A stretch of 64,000 bases of DNA from a virus (taxonomy: Duplodnaviria > Caudoviricetes). The notes beneath the pieces are model-generated. The model ran no database searches, had not been told where the DNA came from, and saw only the letters and a program-made list of their open reading frames with translations. The stretch spans positions 1 to 64,000 of the IMG/VR virus record IMGVR_UViG_2595698395_000001; one strand, 5' to 3'. The position numbers were made by a program, and so were the translations under genes. This document shows positions 55,228-64,000 of this stretch, piece after piece (within the stretch, counting starts at the first letter, position 1; every line of letters starts with the position of its first letter).

Positions 55228-55428
55228 TTATTGATTATTAATTTCTTCTACTATATTTCTAACTAAATCTCTTGGGCTGCAGGTTTTTATCCAGAAGTCG
55301 AACGATTTTAATTTTGACATTGTACAACCTAGTCTAATTTCTTCTACAGGACCTTTTTTTAAGGTCATAGTTTGCTGCATTTTATTTAGCAGATTGAATG
55401 TTTTTGTTTCTTTTATTTGTTTTGTCAT
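55228..55428 (-). CDS. hypothetical protein
   Basis: minus-strand island. Confidence 0.5.
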   Translation of the reverse strand: MTKQIKETKTFNLLNKMQQTMTLKKGPVEEIRLGCTMSKLKSFDFWIKTCSPRDLVRNIVEEINNQ

Positions 55429-55634
55429 GGCTTAAATAATAAATAACTGTTATTTCCTTCTCTTACTTTGATCAATTTATTTTCGTATAAATGATTCAAT
55501 ATGTCACGTAAAGAAGAAAAATCAATGTTCAACTGCATAGAAACTTGAACCGGAGTAATACCTGATTTGCCACCTGACTTTTCATGGTTAGCACCTATAG
55601 ACTCTAATACCTTAGCAATTAATTCTTTATCCAT
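55425..55634 (-). CDS. winged-helix-like small protein
   Basis: GITPV......LRDILN.LYE.KLIKVREG.N. Confidence 0.6.
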   Translation of the reverse strand: MDKELIAKVLESIGANHEKSGGKSGITPVQVSMQLNIDFSSLRDILNHLYENKLIKVREGNNSYLLFKP

Positions 55635-55740
55635 AATACATATTAACAAACTTATACTAAAATTTGATACAATATAGTAAAAATGTATTGATTGTTTTTA
55701 TTAACTTTGTTTTTAATATAAGTTTTATCTATACTACAAC

Positions 55741-56445
55741 ATGGCCTATTTAATTGACAGGATATATTCCACAGTAAAATTCTTTGTAAACACTGATGTT
55801 AGGGGCAATGTGAAGCCTTCTGATTTCGATAAAGCATTATTTGATGCTATACAAGGACGAAATGAAGAGTACTTTTCTGACATAAGTAGATTCATAAATA
55901 AGCAGAATAGAGGTTTAATGCCTAACTTTTTAGAGAATCTAGCAGATAGATTTAGAGAAAAAGTAAACCATTACCTGGTTGACGAGGAAGATTTAGTGCT
56001 TGCATCAGAATCAACTAACAAATATGTGCTACCTGAAAACTATAGATACATAGACGAAATTTCCATTGCTGGCACAACTTCTTTTGAAGAATGCAAGAGC
56101 TCAAAGGAATTTAATATTGTAAAAACATTAGCAACAACACAATATCCTGCATTGCTTAAAGTAGGTAACACAATTAAAGTTTATCCAGAAACAACGGAAA
56201 CCGTATCGATAACATACCTAAGAACAGTAAACTATCCTAAATGGACTAACGTTGTTGTTAACGGAACCGCATTGTTCAATCCTTCTGCTTCGGATTTTTC
56301 GGATGCAGACATACATCCAAGCGAAGAATTTGAAATTACAAGAAGAGTTTTGTTGGCGTTTGGAATAAACCTTAAAGAGCAAGATATTCAACAAGTAGCA
56401 ATGGCTCAGGAAAATACAGATTTCAATCAAGATAACGCTTCATAA
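55741..56445 (+). CDS. tail ring/adaptor (tubular) protein
   Basis: N.D.RG.V.P..F, I.VYP.....ITYLR....PKW, HPSEE motifs; crAss-like synteny. Confidence 0.75.
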   Translation: MAYLIDRIYSTVKFFVNTDVRGNVKPSDFDKALFDAIQGRNEEYFSDISRFINKQNRGLMPNFLENLADRFREKVNHYLVDEEDLVLASESTNKYVLPENYRYIDEISIAGTTSFEECKSSKEFNIVKTLATTQYPALLKVGNTIKVYPETTETVSITYLRTVNYPKWTNVVVNGTALFNPSASDFSDADIHPSEEFEITRRVLLAFGINLKEQDIQQVAMAQENTDFNQDNAS

Positions 56446-56447
56446 TT

Positions 56448-57257
56448 ATGCCGATCCAAACAGCACAAACATATCACGAAAACGAAGACCTTCACGGAGG
56501 CTACCAATTTATAACGCTAAAAAGTGTTGTGGATCAAATGCTATTAAGAACTACAGACTCAGAAAACTACTTAGCGAACACTAAGCGAAGTCTAATCGTA
56601 ATGCAACTTAAGGATGTTCTGCAAGAGCTAACTCATGAAGTACAGAAAAACATAAAAGCTGTAGAAAGAACCGTTGGCCCTTCTTTGAGATTTCCTTTAG
56701 AACAAGATTATGTTGATTGGGTTTCGGTTTCATTGGTTGGAGAGGATTTCAAATTATATCCTTTAAATATAAACAACGATATACCGACAGCTATAAGCCA
56801 CTTACAAGACAGTAACTACAACTTACTATTCGATAGCGAAGGAAACACGCTTAACGCTAATGGTATAAACGCATACGGCAAACCTTATAAGAAGTATTCT
56901 TTTTGTTTTCATGGCAGCCAAGGAAACTTAGACACTTCTAAGTTGTCAATGTATGGAGAATTTGTAATAGACAAAAAGAACATACTTTTTTCTTCGGACT
57001 TACTAGATAAAGAGGTTGTTATTCATTATTTATCTGATGGATTAGAATTGTATAATTTAAAAGAAGAGGAAATTGAGATTCCAAAAATGCTTAAAACAGT
57101 ATTAACTCAATGGGCTTACTTCAATATTATATCTGAAAGGAGAACTGTTCCTGCTAATGAAAAAGAAAGGGCAAAAAAAGCATACCAATCATCATTACAT
57201 AAAGCTAAAATACAGAAATCTAATTTCAGCTTAAGAGAAATATTTAGACTAGCGTAG
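56448..57257 (+). CDS. tail ring/tubular protein
   Basis: G.YQFITL, DYV.WV.VS, Y.SDGL, K...A..AK motifs. Confidence 0.75.
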   Translation: MPIQTAQTYHENEDLHGGYQFITLKSVVDQMLLRTTDSENYLANTKRSLIVMQLKDVLQELTHEVQKNIKAVERTVGPSLRFPLEQDYVDWVSVSLVGEDFKLYPLNINNDIPTAISHLQDSNYNLLFDSEGNTLNANGINAYGKPYKKYSFCFHGSQGNLDTSKLSMYGEFVIDKKNILFSSDLLDKEVVIHYLSDGLELYNLKEEEIEIPKMLKTVLTQWAYFNIISERRTVPANEKERAKKAYQSSLHKAKIQKSNFSLREIFRLA

Positions 57258-57276
57258 TCAACCAAAATTATATAAA

Positions 57277-60200
57277 ATGAAGAAGTCTTTCGTAAATGGT
57301 AGAATGAATTTAGACATCGACAACAGATTGTTGGAGGATGGAGACTACCGCGAAGCAACCAATATAGAAGTTGTTAACTCAGAGGGATCGGATGTTGGGG
57401 CTATAGAAAACTCCTTGTCTAACAAAAAGTTGACTTCTATTGATTTTGGTGCCAATCCTATTGAGATAGGTAAATACGAAGATGAATTTAGAGACAATCT
57501 GTATTGGTTCGTAAAATCTGATACAGGAACATTTTTAATTGAATGGGATGAAACCAACAAAGTTTCGAGTACTGTACTTAAAGATACTAGAACCGAAGAT
57601 GTTGATAGGGTTTTAAACATAAAAGAAGATTTTTTAATAACCGGCATTGTTAAAGTACTAAGCGAAGATCCAGAAAAGGATTTATTGATGTGGACTGACA
57701 ACAATATGAATATTTGTTGCATTAATATTTCCAGAGCAAAAACATGGGGCGAGAACAATTTTGAAGAAGAAGATATTTTCTTAATCAAAAAGCAACCAAA
57801 ATTCGCCCCAAAAATTACACCTACATACTCTTCTGAGGAAAGCAATTACTTGGAAGAGATATTTATGTCTTTTGGTTACAGATACAAATACTTAGACGGT
57901 GAAAGAAGTGCTGTTTCTACATACTCCAACTATAACTTTAATCCAGGTAAATTCAAAATGGATTACCAGTCTATGGAAAACATAGGCATGGTGAACGCTT
58001 TTAACGCGGCTAGAATCACTTTTGATACGGGACCAAAACAAGTTACTGATATTGAGATTATATCAAAGCAGAGCAACTCTAATAACCTATACCTTATAAC
58101 TTCATTCAATAAAGAAGAAGAGGGATGGGCTGACGACGTAGATAAGAATTATGTATTCTCTAACAATAAAATCTACCAAATTTTGGCAGAGAAAGAGCTA
58201 TACAGAACTTTTGACAATGTGCCTAGAAAAGCTAAGGCATTAACCTTAACAGAAAACATACCGACAATAGGAAACTACGTAGAAGGATATGATATTGTAG
58301 ACGAAGACGACAACTCAATTAAAATGGACTACACTATAGATGTGAAGTCAAATGATGTAAGTGGTGAGGAATTATCAAACTCTATAGGAGCAACGGAAAC
58401 TACTTTTACATTTACAATACCAACAACAATAGAATTAAACCAAAATACGCGTCTTATTTTTAACTTAGACCTTGGTAATTCATTATACGATGGTGAATAC
58501 TTAGACACACTAGAGTATATTCTTACAGAAGATTTTGATAACGCAGCAGGATTGGCCGCTAACGATGATTTTAAGTTTTTTATAGGAACCATATTGACAG
58601 CTAAATTCATAACTGAATACGATATTGATGTTGATGACGCATGGACTTTATCTAGTAACATTCCTTTTTCTGTATCTGGAAGCACAACAACTACAATAAC
58701 TATAAAGGCGATAACCTTAGTTTATACCGTAGATGATACTCCTAATGATCCTGGAGATAACCCTACTAATACACATACAGAAAACCTATTGTTTAAATTC
58801 AATAGCGGATCAAGTGCATTTTTTAGCAATGTAGAGACAGTATCAAGTTGTAAAACGAATAGAGAATATGAAGTAGGTATAATTTATCAAGATAAATGGG
58901 GTAGAAAATCTACAGTTCTAACATCTTTGAATAATACTATTTATATTCCTCAAGAACTAAGCACTTTACAAAACAAGCTTCTAATAAACATAAATCACAA
59001 TGCTCCTTATTGGGCAGACTCTTATAAATTAGTAGTAAAATCAGATGCATTACAGTATCAGACCATCTATGCTACAGTTTACTATCCAGATGGTGTTTAT
59101 AGATGGGTTAAGCTAGAAGGAGCCAACAGAGACAAGGTTAAAGAAGGAGATACTTTAATTGTTAAATCTGATCTTAATGGACCTATAACCTCTTTAATTA
59201 AAACAAGAGTGTTAGAAGTTGTAAATAAGGAGAAAGATTTTATAGAAGGAAATACCGATTCCGAAGACAACGATATTATTGAAGAATCTGGACTTCACAT
59301 GAAAATAAAGCCTAGTGGATATGATATGTCTTATTCTGAAAATGCTATTATAAATATTGACCAAGTAAGATCAGCAGGGAAAAACAGGCAAGAAAAATTT
59401 ATTAACGAAAACATACTAGAAGCATTTTTCGGTGACGAAGCAAAAAGAACAGCCTGGAAAAACTCTACTGGTAATAACGATTTAAAGAAACCTGCAGTAG
59501 TAATAAAAGACTTCAATAGCTATAGCGAAGACGGTACTTTTGAAAATGCTATTGAAATTGTGGCAGGAAGTAAAATAAACATATTCCTTAAGGTAGCAGA
59601 AGACGGTAATGGCCCAGAATTCAATAAAGAATACATTGTTGCGTCTACTTATGACAACATAAAAGATTGGTGGGAAGAAGAAGTTGTAGACTTAGGATCT
59701 GTAGATGATGAATTTGACCTTAATTTTGAGGAAGTAGGAGGTGAGGTAAGAATACTTATTCAAGGAGATAATACCGGAAGTCCTGCAAGCAAAAAACAAT
59801 CTGTATTAACTGTAGTTATAGATGCGATACTAGTTGAAGGACTTGTTGTTTTTGAAACAGAAACAAAACAATCAGAAGACTTTAAGTTTTACGAGACCGA
59901 ACAAACTTTTGAAATAATAGACGGTAAGCATCAAGGTAATTCTCAAAACCAAACTAGCTCACTACCTGCGATTATAGACTTAGATTTCTTTAATTGCTAT
60001 GTACAAGGAAATGGCGTTGAAAGTTTTAGGATTAAAGATGCAGCAAACTCAAACTTCCTAAACATTGATTTAAAGCCTACTGCAACATCTATAGAAAAAT
60101 ACAAAGAAACTAGAAGGTTCGCAGATTTAACATACGGAGAAGGATATGTTGAAGAAACTAATATGAATGGATTGAATGTATTTAATACGTCTCAATTAAA

Positions 60201-62118
60201 CTTTAAATTATTAGAAAAACAGAACGGACCTATACAATTCTTATTTACAAGAGATAGAAATATAGTTGTTTGGCAGGGAGATAAAGCCGGATATGTTTTA
60301 TTTGGAAGAGATTTACTTACAATGGCTAACGGAGATACTGTTCTTTCTGGAACCCCTGAAATATTAGGTGAATATGTTCCATACCAAGGCGAAAACGGAT
60401 GTGGAGAAAATCCAGAAAGTATTGCATGGGATTCTTATAGATTCTACTATGTAAATCCAAAAATGGGAACACCAATTAGACTATCTATTGACGGTACCAG
60501 TGAGATAAACTATGGAATGGTAAATTTCTTTAGAGAGTTATTCATTAATAACCCTAGTTCTAAAAAATTAGGTGGATATGATCCATACCACAAAAAATAT
60601 GTTTTATCAACAGAAGATGAAGACTTAACAGTATTCAATGCTTATTGCGGAAATACAATAACAAAAGATATTACTGAGGCTTTTACATACATATTGAATT
60701 TAAACAATTTATCAGGAGAAGTTTCCTTAAACTACAATATTACTTCGGGCAACGCGACGATACAGGCTGTGTTTGACAATGACATATCAGTATTAAGTAA
60801 TGTAACTGGCTCCGGAGTATTAACGTTCGATAGAGATAACCTAAATGTAGATACAGCAACAATCACAGTTACTCCAATAACGGATAGCGCGACTATACAA
60901 TTAACAAACAATTGTCCGGTTGGCTCCGCTATGAAATTAATAACAATCGTTACTAATGACGAAGGAGATATTGGAGATACAATAATAAACAGATTCAAAA
61001 AAGCTTCTGGAACATACTATGGAGGTACACATTATTTTGAATTAGCTCCGGTTAGCGAGTTTACGGTAGAATCAGGAACAGAAGGAGTTGGAAAATTCCC
61101 TTCAAGTGGTGAGACAATAACATTACAATCATTTAAAGATACCCTAAGTACTGCATTTTTTAATGAAGCACAATTAAATAGACTTGGATATTTAGTATCT
61201 AGCACACTTTATACTCAAGCGCAAATAAATACCATTTTAGCGGCAGCAAGCTACTTATCAATAACCAAAAATATTGTATCTGCTAATTCAGAAACCAACA
61301 CAGGAAGTTTTGTTTTTAATAGACCTAATTCAAACGAAAACCTTTATTTGATTTTTGATTATGAAGATAAAAACGAGGCTCCAATAGCGGTTGCCGATTC
61401 AGTTAGTGTAAACAAAGGAGATTCTGTTATAATTAACGTACTAGATAACGATTCAGATCCAGATGGAGACGATTTAACAGTTATAATTGTTACACAGCCT
61501 TTATATGGAACAGCAGTTTTAAATGCTAACGGAACCATAACATATAGTCACAACGGAAGTGATAACCTAACTGATATTATTACATACAAAGTAAACGATG
61601 GTAACGAAGACAGTAACACCGTTTCAGTAGATATATCAGTAGGAGTTGATTGTAGCGCAGGAATAACAGCTAGTGGAGGTATTGGTATATACGAGGCTAT
61701 TATTGTACTAGGAACAGGATTAGGTTCTTCTGGAATATCATATAATGCATATTCTATTCCTGATAGATTCCAAATAGAGTATGATGGAGTTATAGTAGCT
61801 GATTCTAAATTTGTCGGAAGTGGAATTACAGGTGATCCATCTACATATAATGTTAATGGGAACAACATAATTGGAACACATGAGGATTTGCCTGTATATG
61901 GTTTTAACGGAGTTAGTTTTGATGCGACAGGAGAAAACAGAACTGTTACGGTTGTTCAGAATGATATTGCTAATGGAACAACAGAGCCTAGAGGTGGAGT
62001 AGGTTCTATCACTTTTAATAAAACAACAGCAACTCCAACAACAATGAAAATAATAATAACTGCTCCTATTGGTTCTACATCTTGGAACTTATCAGGAATT
62101 TGCCCATCAAACGTATAA
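57277..62118 (+). CDS. tail stabilization (muzzle-like) protein with C-terminal Ig/cadherin-like domain
   Basis: F..GRMN.D.D.RL...G.YREA.NI, F.YRYKY.DGE.S, G...NPES, APIAVADS...NVLDND.DPDGD. Confidence 0.82.
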   Translation: MKKSFVNGRMNLDIDNRLLEDGDYREATNIEVVNSEGSDVGAIENSLSNKKLTSIDFGANPIEIGKYEDEFRDNLYWFVKSDTGTFLIEWDETNKVSSTVLKDTRTEDVDRVLNIKEDFLITGIVKVLSEDPEKDLLMWTDNNMNICCINISRAKTWGENNFEEEDIFLIKKQPKFAPKITPTYSSEESNYLEEIFMSFGYRYKYLDGERSAVSTYSNYNFNPGKFKMDYQSMENIGMVNAFNAARITFDTGPKQVTDIEIISKQSNSNNLYLITSFNKEEEGWADDVDKNYVFSNNKIYQILAEKELYRTFDNVPRKAKALTLTENIPTIGNYVEGYDIVDEDDNSIKMDYTIDVKSNDVSGEELSNSIGATETTFTFTIPTTIELNQNTRLIFNLDLGNSLYDGEYLDTLEYILTEDFDNAAGLAANDDFKFFIGTILTAKFITEYDIDVDDAWTLSSNIPFSVSGSTTTTITIKAITLVYTVDDTPNDPGDNPTNTHTENLLFKFNSGSSAFFSNVETVSSCKTNREYEVGIIYQDKWGRKSTVLTSLNNTIYIPQELSTLQNKLLININHNAPYWADSYKLVVKSDALQYQTIYATVYYPDGVYRWVKLEGANRDKVKEGDTLIVKSDLNGPITSLIKTRVLEVVNKEKDFIEGNTDSEDNDIIEESGLHMKIKPSGYDMSYSENAIINIDQVRSAGKNRQEKFINENILEAFFGDEAKRTAWKNSTGNNDLKKPAVVIKDFNSYSEDGTFENAIEIVAGSKINIFLKVAEDGNGPEFNKEYIVASTYDNIKDWWEEEVVDLGSVDDEFDLNFEEVGGEVRILIQGDNTGSPASKKQSVLTVVIDAILVEGLVVFETETKQSEDFKFYETEQTFEIIDGKHQGNSQNQTSSLPAIIDLDFFNCYVQGNGVESFRIKDAANSNFLNIDLKPTATSIEKYKETRRFADLTYGEGYVEETNMNGLNVFNTSQLNFKLLEKQNGPIQFLFTRDRNIVVWQGDKAGYVLFGRDLLTMANGDTVLSGTPEILGEYVPYQGENGCGENPESIAWDSYRFYYVNPKMGTPIRLSIDGTSEINYGMVNFFRELFINNPSSKKLGGYDPYHKKYVLSTEDEDLTVFNAYCGNTITKDITEAFTYILNLNNLSGEVSLNYNITSGNATIQAVFDNDISVLSNVTGSGVLTFDRDNLNVDTATITVTPITDSATIQLTNNCPVGSAMKLITIVTNDEGDIGDTIINRFKKASGTYYGGTHYFELAPVSEFTVESGTEGVGKFPSSGETITLQSFKDTLSTAFFNEAQLNRLGYLVSSTLYTQAQINTILAAASYLSITKNIVSANSETNTGSFVFNRPNSNENLYLIFDYEDKNEAPIAVADSVSVNKGDSVIINVLDNDSDPDGDDLTVIIVTQPLYGTAVLNANGTITYSHNGSDNLTDIITYKVNDGNEDSNTVSVDISVGVDCSAGITASGGIGIYEAIIVLGTGLGSSGISYNAYSIPDRFQIEYDGVIVADSKFVGSGITGDPSTYNVNGNNIIGTHEDLPVYGFNGVSFDATGENRTVTVVQNDIANGTTEPRGGVGSITFNKTTATPTTMKIIITAPIGSTSWNLSGICPSNV

Positions 62119-62121
62119 ACC

Positions 62122-62847
62122 ATGCCAAAGACAATAACATATTCAGAAAAAAATAAAGGATGGACTAGTTTCTTTGACTTCTATCCTGGTTTGTTGTGCA
62201 ATCTAAACAACCGATTCTTTAGTGTAAAGGAAGGCCAACTTTATTTACACAATGACAAGGATAATTCTACTAGAAACAATTTCTATGGGGAGCAATTTAA
62301 TTCCAAGATAAAAACTGTTTTAAACGAGGCCCCAAGTCAAGATAAGGTTTTTAAAAACTTAATACTAGAAGGAGATCATTCATGGAGCGCGGATTTAAAA
62401 ACTAATTATTCAGGATCAACAATTGAAAAGTCGGAGTTTAACGCAATAGAATCAAGACACTTTGCTTATTTGCGTAAAAACGAAGACGAAACCGATTTAA
62501 ACGGAGGTTCTGCGGTGGGCGTAGGTGTTATACAAAGTATAACTGGAAGCAATATAACTTTTACGGGAATATCTAACGCTATAAACATCGGAGACAACTT
62601 ATATCAGATAAACGGCAGTGAAAACGAACTGATTGGTGAAATAATAGATAATGCAAACGGGATATTAACAATAGACACATTCACCACTACCCCTGTTAAC
62701 GGATATTTTTGTTTCGCTAAAAAAGATTCAAGAATTGAAGGCGGTGAAATACGCGGTTACTACATGGAGGTTGAATTAGAAAACACAGATACCGAAGCTG
62801 TAGAGTTATTCGCAATTGAAAGTACTGCAATTAAAAGCTACGTGTAA
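62122..62847 (+). CDS. tail protein
   Basis: TYSE..KGWTSF..F.P, NNFYG, G.RGYY..V.L motifs. Confidence 0.75.
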   Translation: MPKTITYSEKNKGWTSFFDFYPGLLCNLNNRFFSVKEGQLYLHNDKDNSTRNNFYGEQFNSKIKTVLNEAPSQDKVFKNLILEGDHSWSADLKTNYSGSTIEKSEFNAIESRHFAYLRKNEDETDLNGGSAVGVGVIQSITGSNITFTGISNAINIGDNLYQINGSENELIGEIIDNANGILTIDTFTTTPVNGYFCFAKKDSRIEGGEIRGYYMEVELENTDTEAVELFAIESTAIKSYV

Positions 62848-63257
62848 TGAAAACAAGATTATTAGAAAATTCGGATTACGAAACTTTAGTTACTTGGTGG
62901 GGTCAAAATAGATTTCCTTCCCCTAACTTTGATGATTTACCAACAGTAAACGGAGAACTTCAAGGAGTAATGGTTTACTTTGAAGATGTTGAAATATGCG
63001 CAGGTTTTATCATAAATACCACCGTAAAAAATGGGGCAATGATTGAATATATTGTTGCAAATTTCAATGTAAAAGACAAACAACTTAGAAAGGATGCCAT
63101 AAAATTACTTACAGATACATTGTGTGACTTAGGCAGAAATATGGGAAAAAAGTATTTATTTACCAGTGTTAAGAATAAAGGACTGGTAGATAAGTTGTTA
63201 TATTCTGGATTTTCTAAAGGAAGTACAGGAACAATTGAAATGATTAAGATAATTTAA
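62847..63257 (+). CDS. GNAT-like protein
   Basis: DYETL..WW, ICAGF...T......EYIV.N, near ejection genes. Confidence 0.6.
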   Translation: MKTRLLENSDYETLVTWWGQNRFPSPNFDDLPTVNGELQGVMVYFEDVEICAGFIINTTVKNGAMIEYIVANFNVKDKQLRKDAIKLLTDTLCDLGRNMGKKYLFTSVKNKGLVDKLLYSGFSKGSTGTIEMIKII

Positions 63258-63315
63258 AATTAGCTAGTCTTTCCTAGCAGTCATATTGACCTATCCCTTA
63301 AGCTATTAATCTCGA

Positions 63316-63381
63316 CTAGCGAGGGGGATTCGAACCCCATTTAGATACCAATTCTCAATAAACGAGCAGAATCGAACTGCA
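63316..63381 (-). pseudogene. two tRNA T-arm remnants
   Basis: minus strand GCAG-TTCGATT-CTGC and GGGG-TTCGAAT-CCCC without upstream cloverleaf. Confidence 0.5.
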
Positions 63382-63384
63382 TTA

Positions 63385-63457
63385 GAGTTGTTGGTGAGAT
63401 TCGAACTCACGATATTAGTTTTGCAGACTAACCTCTTAACCACTTGAGTACAACAAC
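63385..63457 (-). tRNA. tRNA-Cys (GCA)
   Basis: GTTGTTG/CAACAAC acceptor, CTC/GAG D arm, TTAGT-CTGCAAA-ACTAA anticodon arm, GTGAG-TTCGAAT-CTCAC T arm, U73. Confidence 0.92.
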
Positions 63458-63524
63458 ATAAAATATCCAAAAAACAATATTTTACACTTCTCTGTTATTT
63501 TAATTATTTATTTTTATCAAATTT

Positions 63525-63559
63525 AAAAGCTAGTCTAAATTAATAGACTAGCTTTTTTT
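63525..63559. terminator. intrinsic terminator
   Basis: AAAAGCTAGTCTA-aattaa-TAGACTAGCTTTT. Confidence 0.8.
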
Positions 63560-63562
63560 GTT

Positions 63563-63766
63563 TTAGTTCTCTTCGTAAGTATATTGATGAGAACATCTAG
63601 TCTCATAGCTAGTATAAGAAAATACGTATAAAAAGGTTTTCTCTACTTTGTAAACTTTACAAACTCTATTTGTGTCTGGATCCTTCGCTTGAGCATCTAC
63701 GCTTGTAGGTGTTACTGTAAATAACAAGACGAACAAAGCTCCTAATAATAAAATTGATTTCTTCAT
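63563..63766 (-). CDS. small secreted protein (signal ..VDA|Q, two Cys)
   Basis: own promoter TATGTTTG (63793-63800) and terminator; moron-like. Confidence 0.7.
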   Translation of the reverse strand: MKKSILLLGALFVLLFTVTPTSVDAQAKDPDTNRVCKVYKVEKTFLYVFSYTSYETRCSHQYTYEEN

Positions 63767-63907
63767 GATAACTGATTGTTTTTAGTTTGACACAAACATA
63801 CAATATTAAAATTAATATAACAATACTAAATATCTATTACATAATACATTAGTATAATTAAAATTTATACTTAACTTTGTACTAAGTACATTTAAAATAC
63901 AAAAATC

Positions 63908-64000
63908 ATGGCCGCAGCAACAGCTTTAGCAATCGCAGGAGCAGCACAAGGAGGATTCCAATTGTTCCAAGGGATAAAACAAACCAAAGAAGCAAAAGAA
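63908..64000 (+). CDS. 5' end of probable ejection/pilot protein
   Basis: MAAATALAIAGAAQGGFQLFQGIKQTKEAKE; TAACTTTG promoter at 63872; truncated by window. Confidence 0.6.
   Translation, partial: MAAATALAIAGAAQGGFQLFQGIKQTKEAKE

Noticed and set aside
41797-61868. Minus-strand and alternate-frame ORFs inside terL, portal, phosphoesterase, MCP and tail genes
   Set aside because: Shadow ORFs with S/L/F-rich composition overlapping real genes
41618-62847. Stop-codon reassignment as in some crAss-like phages
   Set aside because: Long structural ORFs are intact in the standard code; TAG and TGA end genes normally

Overview
This window is an AT-rich fragment of a dsDNA tailed phage of a Bacteroidota (probably Flavobacteriaceae) host, judged from TAnnTTTG promoters, DUF3127, a Bacteroidetes-type integrase and signal peptides ending ..Q. 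Layout: (1) 1-11.4 kb, minus strand: replication/recombination genes (initiator with internal repeats, DnaC-like loader, dNMP kinase, DUF3127, MBL hydrolase, RecT, SbcC-like ATPase, Xis-like). (2) 11.7-16.6 kb, plus strand: an array of small ORFs plus a DNA methyltransferase, followed by a tyrosine integrase. (3) 18.7-22.3 kb, minus strand: early/host-takeover genes including ArdA. (4) A non-coding divergence region at 22.3-23.6 kb. (5) 23.6-31 kb: small middle genes (MazG-like, KTSC, RusA, GroES-like). (6) 31.3-41.3 kb: signal-peptide-bearing fibre/lyase proteins and lysis genes. (7) 41.3-64 kb: a crAss-like podovirus morphogenesis module (terminase, portal, major capsid, ring and tail proteins) and tRNA-Cys. 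The main finding is in region 2. It is an integron-like cassette array punctuated by TAAC...GTTA imperfect hairpins resembling attC sites. Each cassette body has its own complementary ends. Most hairpins enclose the start codon and N-terminus of the next gene, so the ORFs are leader+body fusions joined at the GTT. G.T wobbles show that the sense strand folds, opposite to classical attC. All calls come from reading the sequence; no searches were run.
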